Position numbers and translations under genes: made by a program | In this document: piece by piece, positions 30,152 to 40,375 of the stretch | Position numbering within the stretch: position 1 is the stretch's first letter | Layout: each line of letters opens with the position of its first letter | Assembly: GCA_039028615.1 (NCBI GenBank) | Contig: JBCCHT010000004.1 | Coordinates: 224,001-288,000, forward strand | Length of the DNA stretch: 64,000 nucleotides | Direction of reading: 5' to 3' | DNA from: Myxococcota bacterium | Lineage (GTDB): Bacteria > Myxococcota_A > Polyangia > Nannocystales > Nannocystaceae | The notes under the pieces: generated by a model | What the model saw: the letters and a program-made list of their open reading frames with translations, nothing else | What the model was told of the DNA's origin: nothing | Databases searched by the model: none

Positions 30152-31270
30152 CTAGTGGTACCGGGGCAGCTTGCCCTTGACCTTGCCTTTGCCCTTGTTC
30201 TTCTTGGATTTGTTCTTGCCCGCGTTGGCCTGTAGCTCGGCCTTGCGTGCAGCCTCGGCCGCCCGATCGGCGGCCCGTGCCTCGGCCTCCACCACCAACG
30301 AGGGGGCTTCCTTGGCCGGGAAGAAGCTGGCCACGATGCGATCGGGTCGCCCCGGGGCTCGGCTTCCGTCGAGATGAATCAGTGCGAGCTTCTCCGCCTC
30401 TTCACCGAGGGCGGCTCGCAGCGCGTCGTAGCGAGCGAGCGCAGGCTCGACGTCGCCGCGACCCAGTCGCAGCTGCGTGCCCATCTCCGCGGTGTAGAGC
30501 GTCAGCTCGCCGGTCTCTCCGACGTGCAGCTCCGACAGTCGCGGGCGTCGCTTGTCTTGGTACGCGCCCAGTGCCTCGAGCCCCTCCATCACGCGCTCGT
30601 GCATGAGCTCGGGCCGAGAGAAGAGGCCGGAGTCGTCGAAGCCGGTGAGCACGGGAAGTCGCCCCCGCTCGCCAGCCTCGAGAGCCTTGAAGGACACCCC
30701 CTCGTCGTCGACGAGGACCAGACGCCCCGCGGCGAGCAACACCGCGACCGGCTCGTGCTCTTCCACGGTGACCGACAGGCTGTCCGGCAACACCCGCACC
30801 ACGGACGCCTTGGCCACCCAAGGGTCGGCCGCAATCCGAGACGCGACCTCGTCGAGGTCGAGCGAGAGGATGTTGGTGCCCGGCGACAGAGCCATCAGCT
30901 CACGCAACCGGGCGTCATCGATGTGTGGGGTCGGCTCGTAGGTGAGCCCCCGAACCTCGAAGCGAGGCGAAGTCGTCGCGTACGCGTAGCCCTCTTTGAC
31001 CCCCACCAGCAGGCCCCAGGCGAGGGTCCCGACGATCCCCAAACGCAGGCTCACGCCCGCGATCCGACGGGGCCAGCTCGGGCCACGGGGGGTCGCCTCA
31101 GTGCGACGGGCCTTGCGCAGGGCCGCCGCAGAGCCCCGATCGGCCTTCGTTTCGGCCTTGGAGCTGCTGGGCTTCCGCCGGGCGCCCGTGGTCTGGCGAC
31201 GACGGTTCCCACGTCGGGCCGGACCGGTTCGGCGCTTGGTCAGGCGGGCAGCTAGGCGACTGATCTGCAC
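30152..31270 (-). CDS. ftsQ: cell division protein FtsQ/DivIB
   Basis: Basic N-terminus, one TM helix, POTRA region (GTNILSLDL...DPWVAKASVVRVLPD); directly upstream of ftsA. Start uncertain. Confidence 0.85.
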   Translation of the reverse strand: MQISRLAARLTKRRTGPARRGNRRRQTTGARRKPSSSKAETKADRGSAAALRKARRTEATPRGPSWPRRIAGVSLRLGIVGTLAWGLLVGVKEGYAYATTSPRFEVRGLTYEPTPHIDDARLRELMALSPGTNILSLDLDEVASRIAADPWVAKASVVRVLPDSLSVTVEEHEPVAVLLAAGRLVLVDDEGVSFKALEAGERGRLPVLTGFDDSGLFSRPELMHERVMEGLEALGAYQDKRRPRLSELHVGETGELTLYTAEMGTQLRLGRGDVEPALARYDALRAALGEEAEKLALIHLDGSRAPGRPDRIVASFFPAKEAPSLVVEAEARAADRAAEAARKAELQANAGKNKSKKNKGKGKVKGKLPRYH

Positions 31271-31436
31271 TGGAATTCGCGTCCTAAGCCCCGTTTGGAG
31301 GCCGATTTCGGGAATAACGCCCTCGGCTCGACAACGCAAAAAATCACCAAGCACGAGACCTCGTCCGGCGATTTTGGGGTGGTCGCAGGCCCAGCGAGAT
31401 CCACTCGTAGATCTCGGTCCAAACCCGGCCGCACGA

Positions 31437-31492
31437 AATTCGGCCGAATTCGGCCGAATTGGGCTTGCCACGAGATCGCACTCGCCTACAAT
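31437..31492 (+). promoter_or_regulatory. sigma70-like promoter of the histone gene with upstream 24-bp palindrome
   Basis: AATTCGGCCGAATTCGGCCGAATT (31437-31460), then TTGCCA (31465-70), 16-bp spacer, TACAAT (31487-92). Confidence 0.65.
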
Positions 31493-31563
31493 CGCGAGCG
31501 CGGCGCCCTAGAGTGCCGATCTCGACCGTTACCGAACCCAAGCTGTTCCGCGAGGAAAACCCC

Positions 31564-31773
31564 ATGGCGAAATCGAAGAAAACCGCGAAGAAGAAGGCCC
31601 GTGAAGTTGTTGTCGTTGGCTCGAAGGTCAAGGACGTGATCCGTAACGCTGGCTTGCGCAGCGACGGAGAGCTCGTCCAGGCCGTGTCCGACAAGGTTCA
31701 CGATCTACTCGAGGCGGCCATTGCCCGCGCCCAGTCCAACAAGCGCGGCACCGTTCGTCCCTACGACCTGTAG
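31564..31773 (+). CDS. bacterial histone-fold protein (69 aa) with Lys-rich N-terminal tail
   Basis: GAGGA RBS; MAKSKKTAKKKAREVVVVGSKVKDVIRNAGLRSDGELVQAVSDKVHDLLEAAIARAQSNKRGTVRPYDL; VVxSKVK start, long alpha2, and R-x-T-V-x-x-x-D L2/alpha3 motif. Confidence 0.88.
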   Translation: MAKSKKTAKKKAREVVVVGSKVKDVIRNAGLRSDGELVQAVSDKVHDLLEAAIARAQSNKRGTVRPYDL

Positions 31774-31802
31774 TCGACGATCGGCCTAAAGGCCAATCGA
31801 GG

Positions 31803-31838
31803 AAGGCGGCATCCCCAACCGGGGAGCCGCCTTTCTCT
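31803..31838 (+). terminator. intrinsic terminator between convergent histone gene and ftsZ
   Basis: AAGGCGGC(a)TCCCC-aacc-GGGGAGCCGCCTT followed by TCTCT. Confidence 0.75.
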
Positions 31839-31858
31839 CGTTCGAAGACCGGTTCGAT

Positions 31859-33265
31859 CTAGCGACCGTAGCCGTCTTCGCCCCGGCGCCGCAGGAAGGC
31901 GGGAATCTCCGAGGGATCGGGAGCAGCACCATCGCCTCGGCTCCATCCGGCATGCGAGGCCGAAGCGGAGGGTCGACGACCGGTGGTGCTCATCGTGGCC
32001 TCGCCCGCGACCGGAGTCTGCTGGCGACCGGCGGGAGTCTGCTGGCGCCCCGCGGGAGCCTGCTGACGACCGACGCGAGGGGCCGAGATCAGCGACTCGG
32101 CGGGTGCGCTCGCGTTGGCGTTGGAGTTCGAGTTCATGTTGGTGAACAGACCCGTCTGTCGCTGCGGCACGGCAGCGGGACGCGTGTGCAGCTCGGCGTG
32201 GCCATTGGGGCCCATGGTCCCGGTGGCGAAGACCTGCTGCGACTGACGACGACGCCCGGAGTGGGTCTTGATCGCCTCTTCGATGATGTCCTCGGCCGGC
32301 TCGTGCTGATCGAAGCCAGTGGCGATCACCGTGATGCGCAGCGCCTCGCCCATGTTGTGGTCGATGACCGCGCCGAAGATGATGTTGCAGTCCTCGTGGG
32401 CGGCCTCTTGGATGAGAGAGGCGGCCTCCTCGACCTCGTGAAGCTTGAGATCGGGGCCCGAGGTGATGTTGATGAGGATGCCCTTGGCGCCCTCGATGGT
32501 GACGTCCTCGAGCAGCGGGCTGTTGATGGCCTGCTGCGCCGCGGCGACCGCTCGCCCCTCTTCGGTGGCGAAGCCCATGCCCATCAGCGCGCGGCCCTGG
32601 TCGGCCATGATCGTGCGCACGTCGGCAAAGTCGACGTTGATGATGCCGGGAATGGTGATGAGGTCGGACACGCCCTGCGTGGCGTGCTGGAGCACCTCGT
32701 CCGCGAGCTTGAAGGACTCGAGCAGGCTGGTGCTGTTGCTCGTGACGTCGAGCAGTCGATCGTTGGGAATGGTGATCAGGGTGTCGACGGCCTGCTCGAG
32801 GATCTCGATGCCCTTGCCAGCCACTCGACCCCGTCGGCGCCCCTCGAAGCGGAAGGGCTTGGTCACGACGCCCACGCACAGCGCTCCGCACTCACGGGCC
32901 ACCTGAGCCACGATGGGAGCCGCTCCGGTCCCGGTACCGCCGCCCATGCCCGCGGTCACGAAGACCATGTCTGCGCCCTTGAGGGCCTCGGTGAGCTCCG
33001 AGATGCTCTCGAGCGCCGCCTCGCGGCCTCGGTCCGGGTTCGCGCCCGCTCCCAGGCCGCGGGTCACCGCTCCGCCCAGCTGGATGCGAATCGGCGCGGC
33101 GTTCTTGTCGAGGGCCTGAACGTCGGTGTTGGCGGCCACGAAGTCGACGCCCTCGACGTGGTGTTCGATCATCGTGTTGACCGCGTTGCCGCCGGCTCCA
33201 CCGACGCCAATGACGATGATTTTGGCCTGGTCCGGGAAACAGTCGTCGAGCTCGAAGTGCGCCAT
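31859..33265 (-). CDS. ftsZ: cell division protein FtsZ
   Basis: [38 protein letters not shown]-terminal EIPAFLRR. Start MAHFELD. Confidence 0.98.
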   Translation of the reverse strand: MAHFELDDCFPDQAKIIVIGVGGAGGNAVNTMIEHHVEGVDFVAANTDVQALDKNAAPIRIQLGGAVTRGLGAGANPDRGREAALESISELTEALKGADMVFVTAGMGGGTGTGAAPIVAQVARECGALCVGVVTKPFRFEGRRRGRVAGKGIEILEQAVDTLITIPNDRLLDVTSNSTSLLESFKLADEVLQHATQGVSDLITIPGIINVDFADVRTIMADQGRALMGMGFATEEGRAVAAAQQAINSPLLEDVTIEGAKGILINITSGPDLKLHEVEEAASLIQEAAHEDCNIIFGAVIDHNMGEALRITVIATGFDQHEPAEDIIEEAIKTHSGRRRQSQQVFATGTMGPNGHAELHTRPAAVPQRQTGLFTNMNSNSNANASAPAESLISAPRVGRQQAPAGRQQTPAGRQQTPVAGEATMSTTGRRPSASASHAGWSRGDGAAPDPSEIPAFLRRRGEDGYGR

Positions 33266-33429
33266 GATTCCGCTCCTGCCCTGGCTCGAGCGACGGATCT
33301 GCCGTCGCGAGAAAGGGGCGTGGATCGGGCCTATCCGAGCTGATCCGCCGACGCAAAAAATCGGGGATTTGATCAAAGACGCTCGCTCGGGTGGCCGAAA
33401 ATACTGCACACCCGAGCAGCCAGCGACCG

Positions 33430-34401
33430 CTACAGCATCCCCGCGAGGCGCTGCCGGATCAGCGACTCGGCCTCGGTCATGATCCGCCCGATGAGCTCGG
33501 CGCAGGTGGGGATGTCGTTGATGAGCCCCGCCACCATCCCGCACGACCACGCCCCAGAGTCCATCTCTCCCTCCATCATGATCTTCGGGTAGACGCCCGC
33601 GACCTCCTCGATGATGTCGTTGATCCCCAGCTTGGGACCGAGCGTGCGCTCCTTGTCGAGCAGCCGCTCCACCGCCTTGTTGTTGAGCACCCGCTCCGTG
33701 TTGCGCAAAGGTCGCATGATGAGCCGGGTATCCAGCTCCGACGCGGCCACGATGGCCTGCTTCACGTTGTCGTGAACCGGCGCCTCCTGGGTCGCGATGA
33801 AGCGCGTGCCCATGTTCATCCCGTCGGCGCCCATGGAAAGCGCCGCCACCAGCGAGCGCGCGTCCGCCATGCCGCCGGAGGCCACGAAGGGAATCTCGAG
33901 CTCGTCTGCCGCCCGGGGCAGCAGGATCATATTGGGGATGTCGTCCTCGCCCGGGTGCCCGCCGCACTCGAAGCCGTCGACCGAGACCGCGTCACAGCCG
34001 ATCTTCTGGGCCTTGAGCGCGTGGCGAACCGACGTGCACTTGTGGATGACCTTGACCCCCGCCTCCTTGAGCTTGGGCAGGTAGGGCTGAGGGTTGCGCC
34101 CCGCCGTCTCCACGATGCGAATGCCCCCGTCGATGATCGCGTCCACGTAGCCGGGGTAGTCGGGCGAGCTGAGCGTGGGCAAAAACGTCAGGTTCACGCC
34201 GAAGGGGCGTGAGGTCATCTCGCGACACTTGACGATCTCCTCGGACAGCGCCTGCGGGCTCTTTTGCGTCAGCCCGGTGATGAGCCCCAGGCCGCCCGCG
34301 TTGGAGACCGCCGCCGCCAGCTCGGCGAAGCCCACGTAGTGCATGCCGCCTTGGATGATGGGGTGCTCGATGCCAAACAGTTCGGTGATTCGCGTCTTCA
34401 T
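33430..34401 (-). CDS. nitronate monooxygenase-family flavin oxidoreductase
   Basis: [38 protein letters not shown]. Confidence 0.9.
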   Translation of the reverse strand: MKTRITELFGIEHPIIQGGMHYVGFAELAAAVSNAGGLGLITGLTQKSPQALSEEIVKCREMTSRPFGVNLTFLPTLSSPDYPGYVDAIIDGGIRIVETAGRNPQPYLPKLKEAGVKVIHKCTSVRHALKAQKIGCDAVSVDGFECGGHPGEDDIPNMILLPRAADELEIPFVASGGMADARSLVAALSMGADGMNMGTRFIATQEAPVHDNVKQAIVAASELDTRLIMRPLRNTERVLNNKAVERLLDKERTLGPKLGINDIIEEVAGVYPKIMMEGEMDSGAWSCGMVAGLINDIPTCAELIGRIMTEAESLIRQRLAGML

Positions 34402-34523
34402 GGACCGGGGGTGATGATGCCTGCAATTGGCAGGCGGCGCTTCACTCGAACACGGCCTCTCAGGGCCTCGGCCCGGGGATCCATTGGCCGAATTCCGCCG
34501 CCAGCGCTAAGGCCAGGGGCACC

Positions 34524-36053
34524 GTGGCCGAACGCGCCTTCCTCGTCCTGGGAGACCAGCTCTTTGCGCCGTCGCTGCTTCCCGTGCCCTCGGGCACCCG
34601 GGTGTTCATGCGCGAGGACGTGGGCTTGTGCACGGATGTCGCTCACCACCAGCAGAAGATCGCGCTGTTTCTGGCCGCCATGCGCTCCCACCGAGATGTG
34701 CTGCGCGAGCGTGGCTTTGCGGTCGAGTACCAGGCCCTCGAGGAGCCCCGGGCCGAGGAGCCCTACGAAGAGGCCCTCGGTCGATTCGTCCGCGACCACC
34801 GCGTCGAGCGACTGGAGACCTTCGAGATCGGTGACCGAGGGTTCGAGGCGCGCATGCTCGCATTCGCCACCAGTCATGGCGTGACTTTGGTGCAGCACCC
34901 GAGCCCGATGTTCATTACGCCGACCGCAGCGCTCGACGCATGGATGGCCGAGCAGCGGCCCCATATGGCGGCGTTCTATCGGTGGCAGCGGCGACGCCTG
35001 GGCGTGTTGCTCGAGCCCGATGGCACGCCACGTGGGGGGCAGTGGTCCTTCGACGCCGACAACCGCAAGCCGCTGCCGCGAGGCGTCGAGCTACCCGGGC
35101 TGCAGCCGGCCCGACCCACGGCTCACGTGGAGGCCGTGGTCCCGCTCGTGGCCGAGCGCTTCGGCGAGCACCCCGGAGAGCTGTCGGTGGAAGGCTGGTG
35201 GCTGCCGACGACGCGCCCGCAGGCCCTGCGATGGCTACGGAACTTCCTCGCGCGGCGCTTCACCGACTTCGGTCCCTACGAGGACGCGCTCAGCCAGCGA
35301 GATCCACACCTGTTTCATGCCGTGCTCACCCCCGCACTGAACATGGGCCTGCTGACCCCGGCCGAGGTGCTCGGCCGAGCTCTCACCCACGCAGCCGAGC
35401 ACGAGACGCCGCTGCAATCGGTGGAGGGATTCGTGCGGCAGCTGGTGGGCTGGCGGGAGTTCATTCGCGGCATCGATCGTCACTACGGCCCCCAACAACA
35501 CACCCGCAATTTCTTCGGTCACCGACGCGGGCTCACCCGGCACTGGACCGAAGGCACCACCGGGCTACCGCCCCTGGACGCGGCGATCGCCAAGACCCAT
35601 CGATGGGGCTGGGCGCACCACATCGAGCGGCTGATGGTCACCAGCAACCTGATGACCCTATGCGAGATCGAGCCGCGCCAGGCCTACGGTTGGTTCATGG
35701 AGCGCTTCGTCGACTCCGCCCATTGGGTGATGGGGCCCAACGTGTACGGCATGGGCCTATTCGCGGATGGAGGCGTCTTCGCCACGAAGCCCTATATCTG
35801 CGGTAGCAACTACGTGCGCAAGATGAGCGACTTTTCCAAGGGCCCCTGGTGTGACGTGATGGACGGCCTGTACTGGCGCTTCATCGCGCGCAACCGGGAG
35901 TTCTTTCGTCGCCAAGCGCGACTGTCTCGGGTCGTCGGCAACCTCGACCGCATGTCGGTGTCGAGAAAAGAGACCATCTTTGCCGCCGCCGAGACCTTCA
36001 TCGAACGTACGACCCTGGCCCCGCCAGGCCCGCAACGGAAGCCAACGACATGA
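34524..36053 (+). CDS. bacterial cryptochrome/(6-4) photolyase-related protein
   Basis: LVLGDQL, HHQQKI, GGQWSFDADNRK, FGPYEDA, EGFVRQLVGWREF, HHIERLM, WVMGPNVYGM. Confidence 0.9.
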   Translation: MAERAFLVLGDQLFAPSLLPVPSGTRVFMREDVGLCTDVAHHQQKIALFLAAMRSHRDVLRERGFAVEYQALEEPRAEEPYEEALGRFVRDHRVERLETFEIGDRGFEARMLAFATSHGVTLVQHPSPMFITPTAALDAWMAEQRPHMAAFYRWQRRRLGVLLEPDGTPRGGQWSFDADNRKPLPRGVELPGLQPARPTAHVEAVVPLVAERFGEHPGELSVEGWWLPTTRPQALRWLRNFLARRFTDFGPYEDALSQRDPHLFHAVLTPALNMGLLTPAEVLGRALTHAAEHETPLQSVEGFVRQLVGWREFIRGIDRHYGPQQHTRNFFGHRRGLTRHWTEGTTGLPPLDAAIAKTHRWGWAHHIERLMVTSNLMTLCEIEPRQAYGWFMERFVDSAHWVMGPNVYGMGLFADGGVFATKPYICGSNYVRKMSDFSKGPWCDVMDGLYWRFIARNREFFRRQARLSRVVGNLDRMSVSRKETIFAAAETFIERTTLAPPGPQRKPTT

Positions 36054-37042
36054 GCGAATCTCGAGTTGCAATCATTGGAGCGGGCATCTGCGGCCTGAGC
36101 TGTGCGCAGTGGCTGCAGCGCCGAGGGGTCTCGGTGCGCCTGTTCGACAAGGCCCGCAAAGCGGGCGGGCGCATGTCGACTCGCCGTGGCCCGGAGGTCA
36201 CCTTCGATCACGGAGCCCAGTACTTCACGGTGCGCAGCGACGCGCTCGGCGAGGTCGTGCAGACGTGGGCCGACGCGGGCGTGGCGAAGCCGTGGACAGG
36301 CCGCATTGCGGTGGCGCGGCACGGGTCGGTGACGGCGAAGGGCGACGGCGTCACTCGCTGGGTCGGTACCCCCACGATGTCGGCCATCCCCCGGCATCTC
36401 GCCGCGGGCCTCGACGTCGCGGCGCAGACCCGCGTAGGGGCGGTGGAGCGAGACCATGACGGGTGGCGACTCATCGATACCGACGGGGTGACCCTCGGTA
36501 CCGCGTCCACCGTGCTGCTCACGACCCCCGCGGGGCAAGCGGTCGACTTGCTGGCCGCCGCACCACAGCTGGCCGAGCGTGTCGCGGCGGTGGAGATGGA
36601 GCCCTGCTGGGCGGTGATGGTGAGCCTGGAGCGACCGTGGGAGATTCCGGCGGACGGCGTGTTCGTGGACGACAGCCCCGTCGCCTGGGCGGCGCGCGAC
36701 GGCAGCAAACCGGGCCGAGGCGCGCGCGAGACCTGGGTGCTGCATGCGACCCCCGCCTGGACCCGAGCGCACTGGGACGACGACGCCGCGACGGTGGTGC
36801 AGACACTGACCGCCGCGCTGGCCGAGGCCTCGGGTGTGGAGCGGCCCTCGCTCGCCCACGCCGACACCCAACGCTGGCGCTACGCCCGGGCCGACGCCCC
36901 ACTGCCCGAGCGAGCGCTGTGGGATCCCGAGCTTCGGATCGGCGTCGCGGGCGATTGGTGCGGCGGACCCCGGGTCGAGGGGGCCTGGCTAGGCGGTCGA
37001 GCCCTCGCCGAGCGGGTGCTGGCCGACGCCCCGAACACGTGA
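36050..37042 (+). CDS. renalase-like FAD-dependent oxidoreductase
   Basis: IIGAGICG, GGRMSTRR, FDHGAQYFT, RWRYA, GDWC...VEGAWLGG; ATGA overlap with the photolyase gene. Confidence 0.9.
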   Translation: MSESRVAIIGAGICGLSCAQWLQRRGVSVRLFDKARKAGGRMSTRRGPEVTFDHGAQYFTVRSDALGEVVQTWADAGVAKPWTGRIAVARHGSVTAKGDGVTRWVGTPTMSAIPRHLAAGLDVAAQTRVGAVERDHDGWRLIDTDGVTLGTASTVLLTTPAGQAVDLLAAAPQLAERVAAVEMEPCWAVMVSLERPWEIPADGVFVDDSPVAWAARDGSKPGRGARETWVLHATPAWTRAHWDDDAATVVQTLTAALAEASGVERPSLAHADTQRWRYARADAPLPERALWDPELRIGVAGDWCGGPRVEGAWLGGRALAERVLADAPNT

Positions 37043-37057
37043 AGGGCCGCCGATGGT

Positions 37058-38656
37058 TCAACCCCGGCGGCGGGTGATCTCCGCGGCCTCCCCCACCAAG
37101 TCGACGAACTCCCGGCGAACCTCTCGCGGGTCGCGGCCCAGGGCGCCCTTGGCCAGCGTGCGGACCTTCCGATAGCTGACGTCGCCCTTGTGCTCGCTGT
37201 CGCGGAGCAGCATGCCGAAGCCGGCGACGGCGGCCGAGAAGCGAAAGTCGTCGCTGGTGTCGGCGAGCGGCAGGGTGGGCAAGTCGACCGCCTGCTCCAC
37301 GAGCTGGCTGTTGGCCTCCCCCGGGTTCTTGTAGCGAATCTTGACGAACATCGTCTCGCTCGACGCCGTGGCCGCAGCGGTGGTGGTGCTGTCGGTCTGG
37401 TAGCGCGAGGGATCGACGCTCCCCTCGAACTCCCCTGCCCCAGCCGGCACGACCTCGTACAGCGCGGTCACGGAGTGCCCCGCCCCGATCTCGCCCGCAT
37501 CCTTGCGATCGTCGTTGAAGTCCTGAGCATCGAGCGCTCGGTTCTCGTACCCGACCAGGCGATAGGCCTCGACCTTGGCCGGGTTGAACTCCACCTGGAG
37601 CTTCACGTCGGCGGCGATGGGCACCAGGGTGGCATTGACCTGCTCCACGAGCACGCGCCGTGCCTCCTTCTCGCTGTCGATATAGGCATAGTGGCCGTTG
37701 CCGTGGTCGGCGACCTGCTCCATCAATGCGTCGTTCAGGTTACCGCTGCCGTAGCCGAGGATGGAGAGGAAGACCCCGGACTCCCGGTACTCTTCGATCA
37801 AGTCCACCAGCTCGCCCTGGCTCGAGGGGCCGACGTTCAGGTCGCCGTCGCTGGCCATGATCACGCGGTTGATGGCGCCGTCTTCGAAGTTGCGTCGGGC
37901 GACCTGGTAGGCCAACGCGAGCCCGGCCGCGCCCGCGGTGGAGCCCCCCGCATCGAGGCGCCGCAACGCTTTCTTGATCTGTCGCTTGTCGTTGGTGGGC
38001 GGCAGCACCAAGCCGCTGGCCCCCGCGTAGACGACGATGGCCACGCTGTCCTGTGGGCGCAGCTGGTCGGCGAGCATCGACAAGCTCTTCTTGAGCAGCC
38101 CGAGCTTGTCCTCCGAGTCCATCGAGCCCGAGACGTCGATGAGGAACACCAGGTTGCGCGAGGGCACCTCGTCCAGCTCGACGTGCTTGCCCTGGATGCC
38201 CACGTGAACGAGCTGATGCGCCTCGTTCCACGGGCAGGTGCCGATCTCCGCGGTGACCGAGAACGGGTGTGGTCCGGCCGGCTCCGCGTAGTCGTACTCG
38301 AAGTAGTTGATCATCTCCTCGATCCGCACCGCGTCCGCGGGTGGCAGCTGCCGTCGGCTCAGGAAGCGCCGCGCGTTGCTATACGACGCCGTGTCCACGT
38401 CCACGCTGAAGGTCGAGAGCGGGAAGTCGGCGGCGACGAAGAAATCGCTCTCCTCGATATGGTTGTAGTCCTCGCGGTCCGTGGGAAACGGCTCCATGCG
38501 CCGGGGCGCGAAGCCGTCGGCCGACATCATCTCGACCGAGGACCCGCTCACCTTGTAGGCGTTGGCTCCCGCCGAGTAGCACCCTGCCCCTAGCCCCACG
38601 ACGAGGGTGCATAGAGCAAACGGGCGGGCGAGAGGCGGGGGGACGAGGCGTGCCAT
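37058..38656 (-). CDS. vWA domain lipoprotein (YfbK-like)
   Basis: STFSVDVDTASY, VRIEEMINYF, FLIDVSGSM MIDAS, DFNDDRKDAGE. Confidence 0.9.
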   Translation of the reverse strand: MARLVPPPLARPFALCTLVVGLGAGCYSAGANAYKVSGSSVEMMSADGFAPRRMEPFPTDREDYNHIEESDFFVAADFPLSTFSVDVDTASYSNARRFLSRRQLPPADAVRIEEMINYFEYDYAEPAGPHPFSVTAEIGTCPWNEAHQLVHVGIQGKHVELDEVPSRNLVFLIDVSGSMDSEDKLGLLKKSLSMLADQLRPQDSVAIVVYAGASGLVLPPTNDKRQIKKALRRLDAGGSTAGAAGLALAYQVARRNFEDGAINRVIMASDGDLNVGPSSQGELVDLIEEYRESGVFLSILGYGSGNLNDALMEQVADHGNGHYAYIDSEKEARRVLVEQVNATLVPIAADVKLQVEFNPAKVEAYRLVGYENRALDAQDFNDDRKDAGEIGAGHSVTALYEVVPAGAGEFEGSVDPSRYQTDSTTTAAATASSETMFVKIRYKNPGEANSQLVEQAVDLPTLPLADTSDDFRFSAAVAGFGMLLRDSEHKGDVSYRKVRTLAKGALGRDPREVRREFVDLVGEAAEITRRRG

Positions 38657-38746
38657 CGGTGACTCCGAACGCACCAACCTACCGCGTCATTACGCTTCGG
38701 TTCGGCGAATCGGGAACACAAATCGGGACCGAACCGTGGAAGGACG

Positions 38747-39570
38747 TCACTCGTTGCGGGTCGATCCAATGGCCGCCCGCATGGCGTCCACGACCTCGCG
38801 CGGCAGCGTCATCGCCAACCACTCTTCGAGCGCACGCACGCCCTGCCACAGCAGCATGGGCAGGCCGTCTTGGTGGGGTAGCCCCGCCTCCGCGGCCGCA
38901 TCGAGCAGCCCTCCGCTCGGTCGCGGATAGACGAGGTCGGCCACCCGGGCCCCCGACTCCAGTTTCGACAGCGGCAGCGCAGCGGGGAAATCGGTGGGGC
39001 CGCCCTTCATGCCCACCGTGGTCGCATTGACCAGCAGGTCGGCCCCGCGCAGCGCCTCGTCGATCGCGTCCCAGCCGACGCCACGATGAGGGCCGGCCGG
39101 CAACGCCTCGGGACGACGGGTCACCCAGCACAGGTCCGCTCCGGCCCGATGCAGCAGCGCATCGACGACGGCCCGCGACGCACCACCCGAGCCGAGCACG
39201 ACGGCACGACGCGGGGTTCCCCCCGGCAGCTCCTCGAGGCCGGCCAAGAACCCCCGGCCGTCGGTGTTGTGGCCGATCATGCGATCGCCATCGAAGCCCA
39301 CGGTGTTGACCGCCCCGATGCGCTCCGCCTCCGGGCTCAATTCGTCCATGAGGGGCACCGCGGCCTGCTTGTGCGGCACGGTGAGGTTGAGGCCGCCGAG
39401 CCCCAGCGCCCGTGCCCCGGCCAGTGCCGCAGGCAGACCTTCGGGTCGCACGTGAAACGCGAAGTAGCGGTGCGGCAGCCCGAGGACGTCGAACGCCGCA
39501 CAGTGCATGGCCGGGGAGCGCGAGTGCCCCACCGGATCGCCCAGCACCCCGAACGCACGCGCCGAGTTGG

Positions 39571-39574
<4 letters not shown>
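38747..39574 (-). CDS. aroE: shikimate dehydrogenase
   Basis: GHSRSPAMH, NLTVPHK, GAVNT, HNTDG, GSGGASRA, NATTVGM. Confidence 0.95.
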
Positions 39575-40347
<773 letters not shown>

Positions 40348-40375
40348 GGCGCTGGAGTGGAGGCTAGCAGCTTCG

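Noticed and set aside
31459..31563. N-terminal extension of the 104-aa ORF containing the histone
   Set aside because: It overlaps the predicted promoter; the RBS and ATG at 31564 give the better start.
33266..33967. 702-aa FtsZ with a long N-terminal extension
   Set aside because: The extension overlaps the nitronate monooxygenase gene in another frame; homology begins at ATG 33265.
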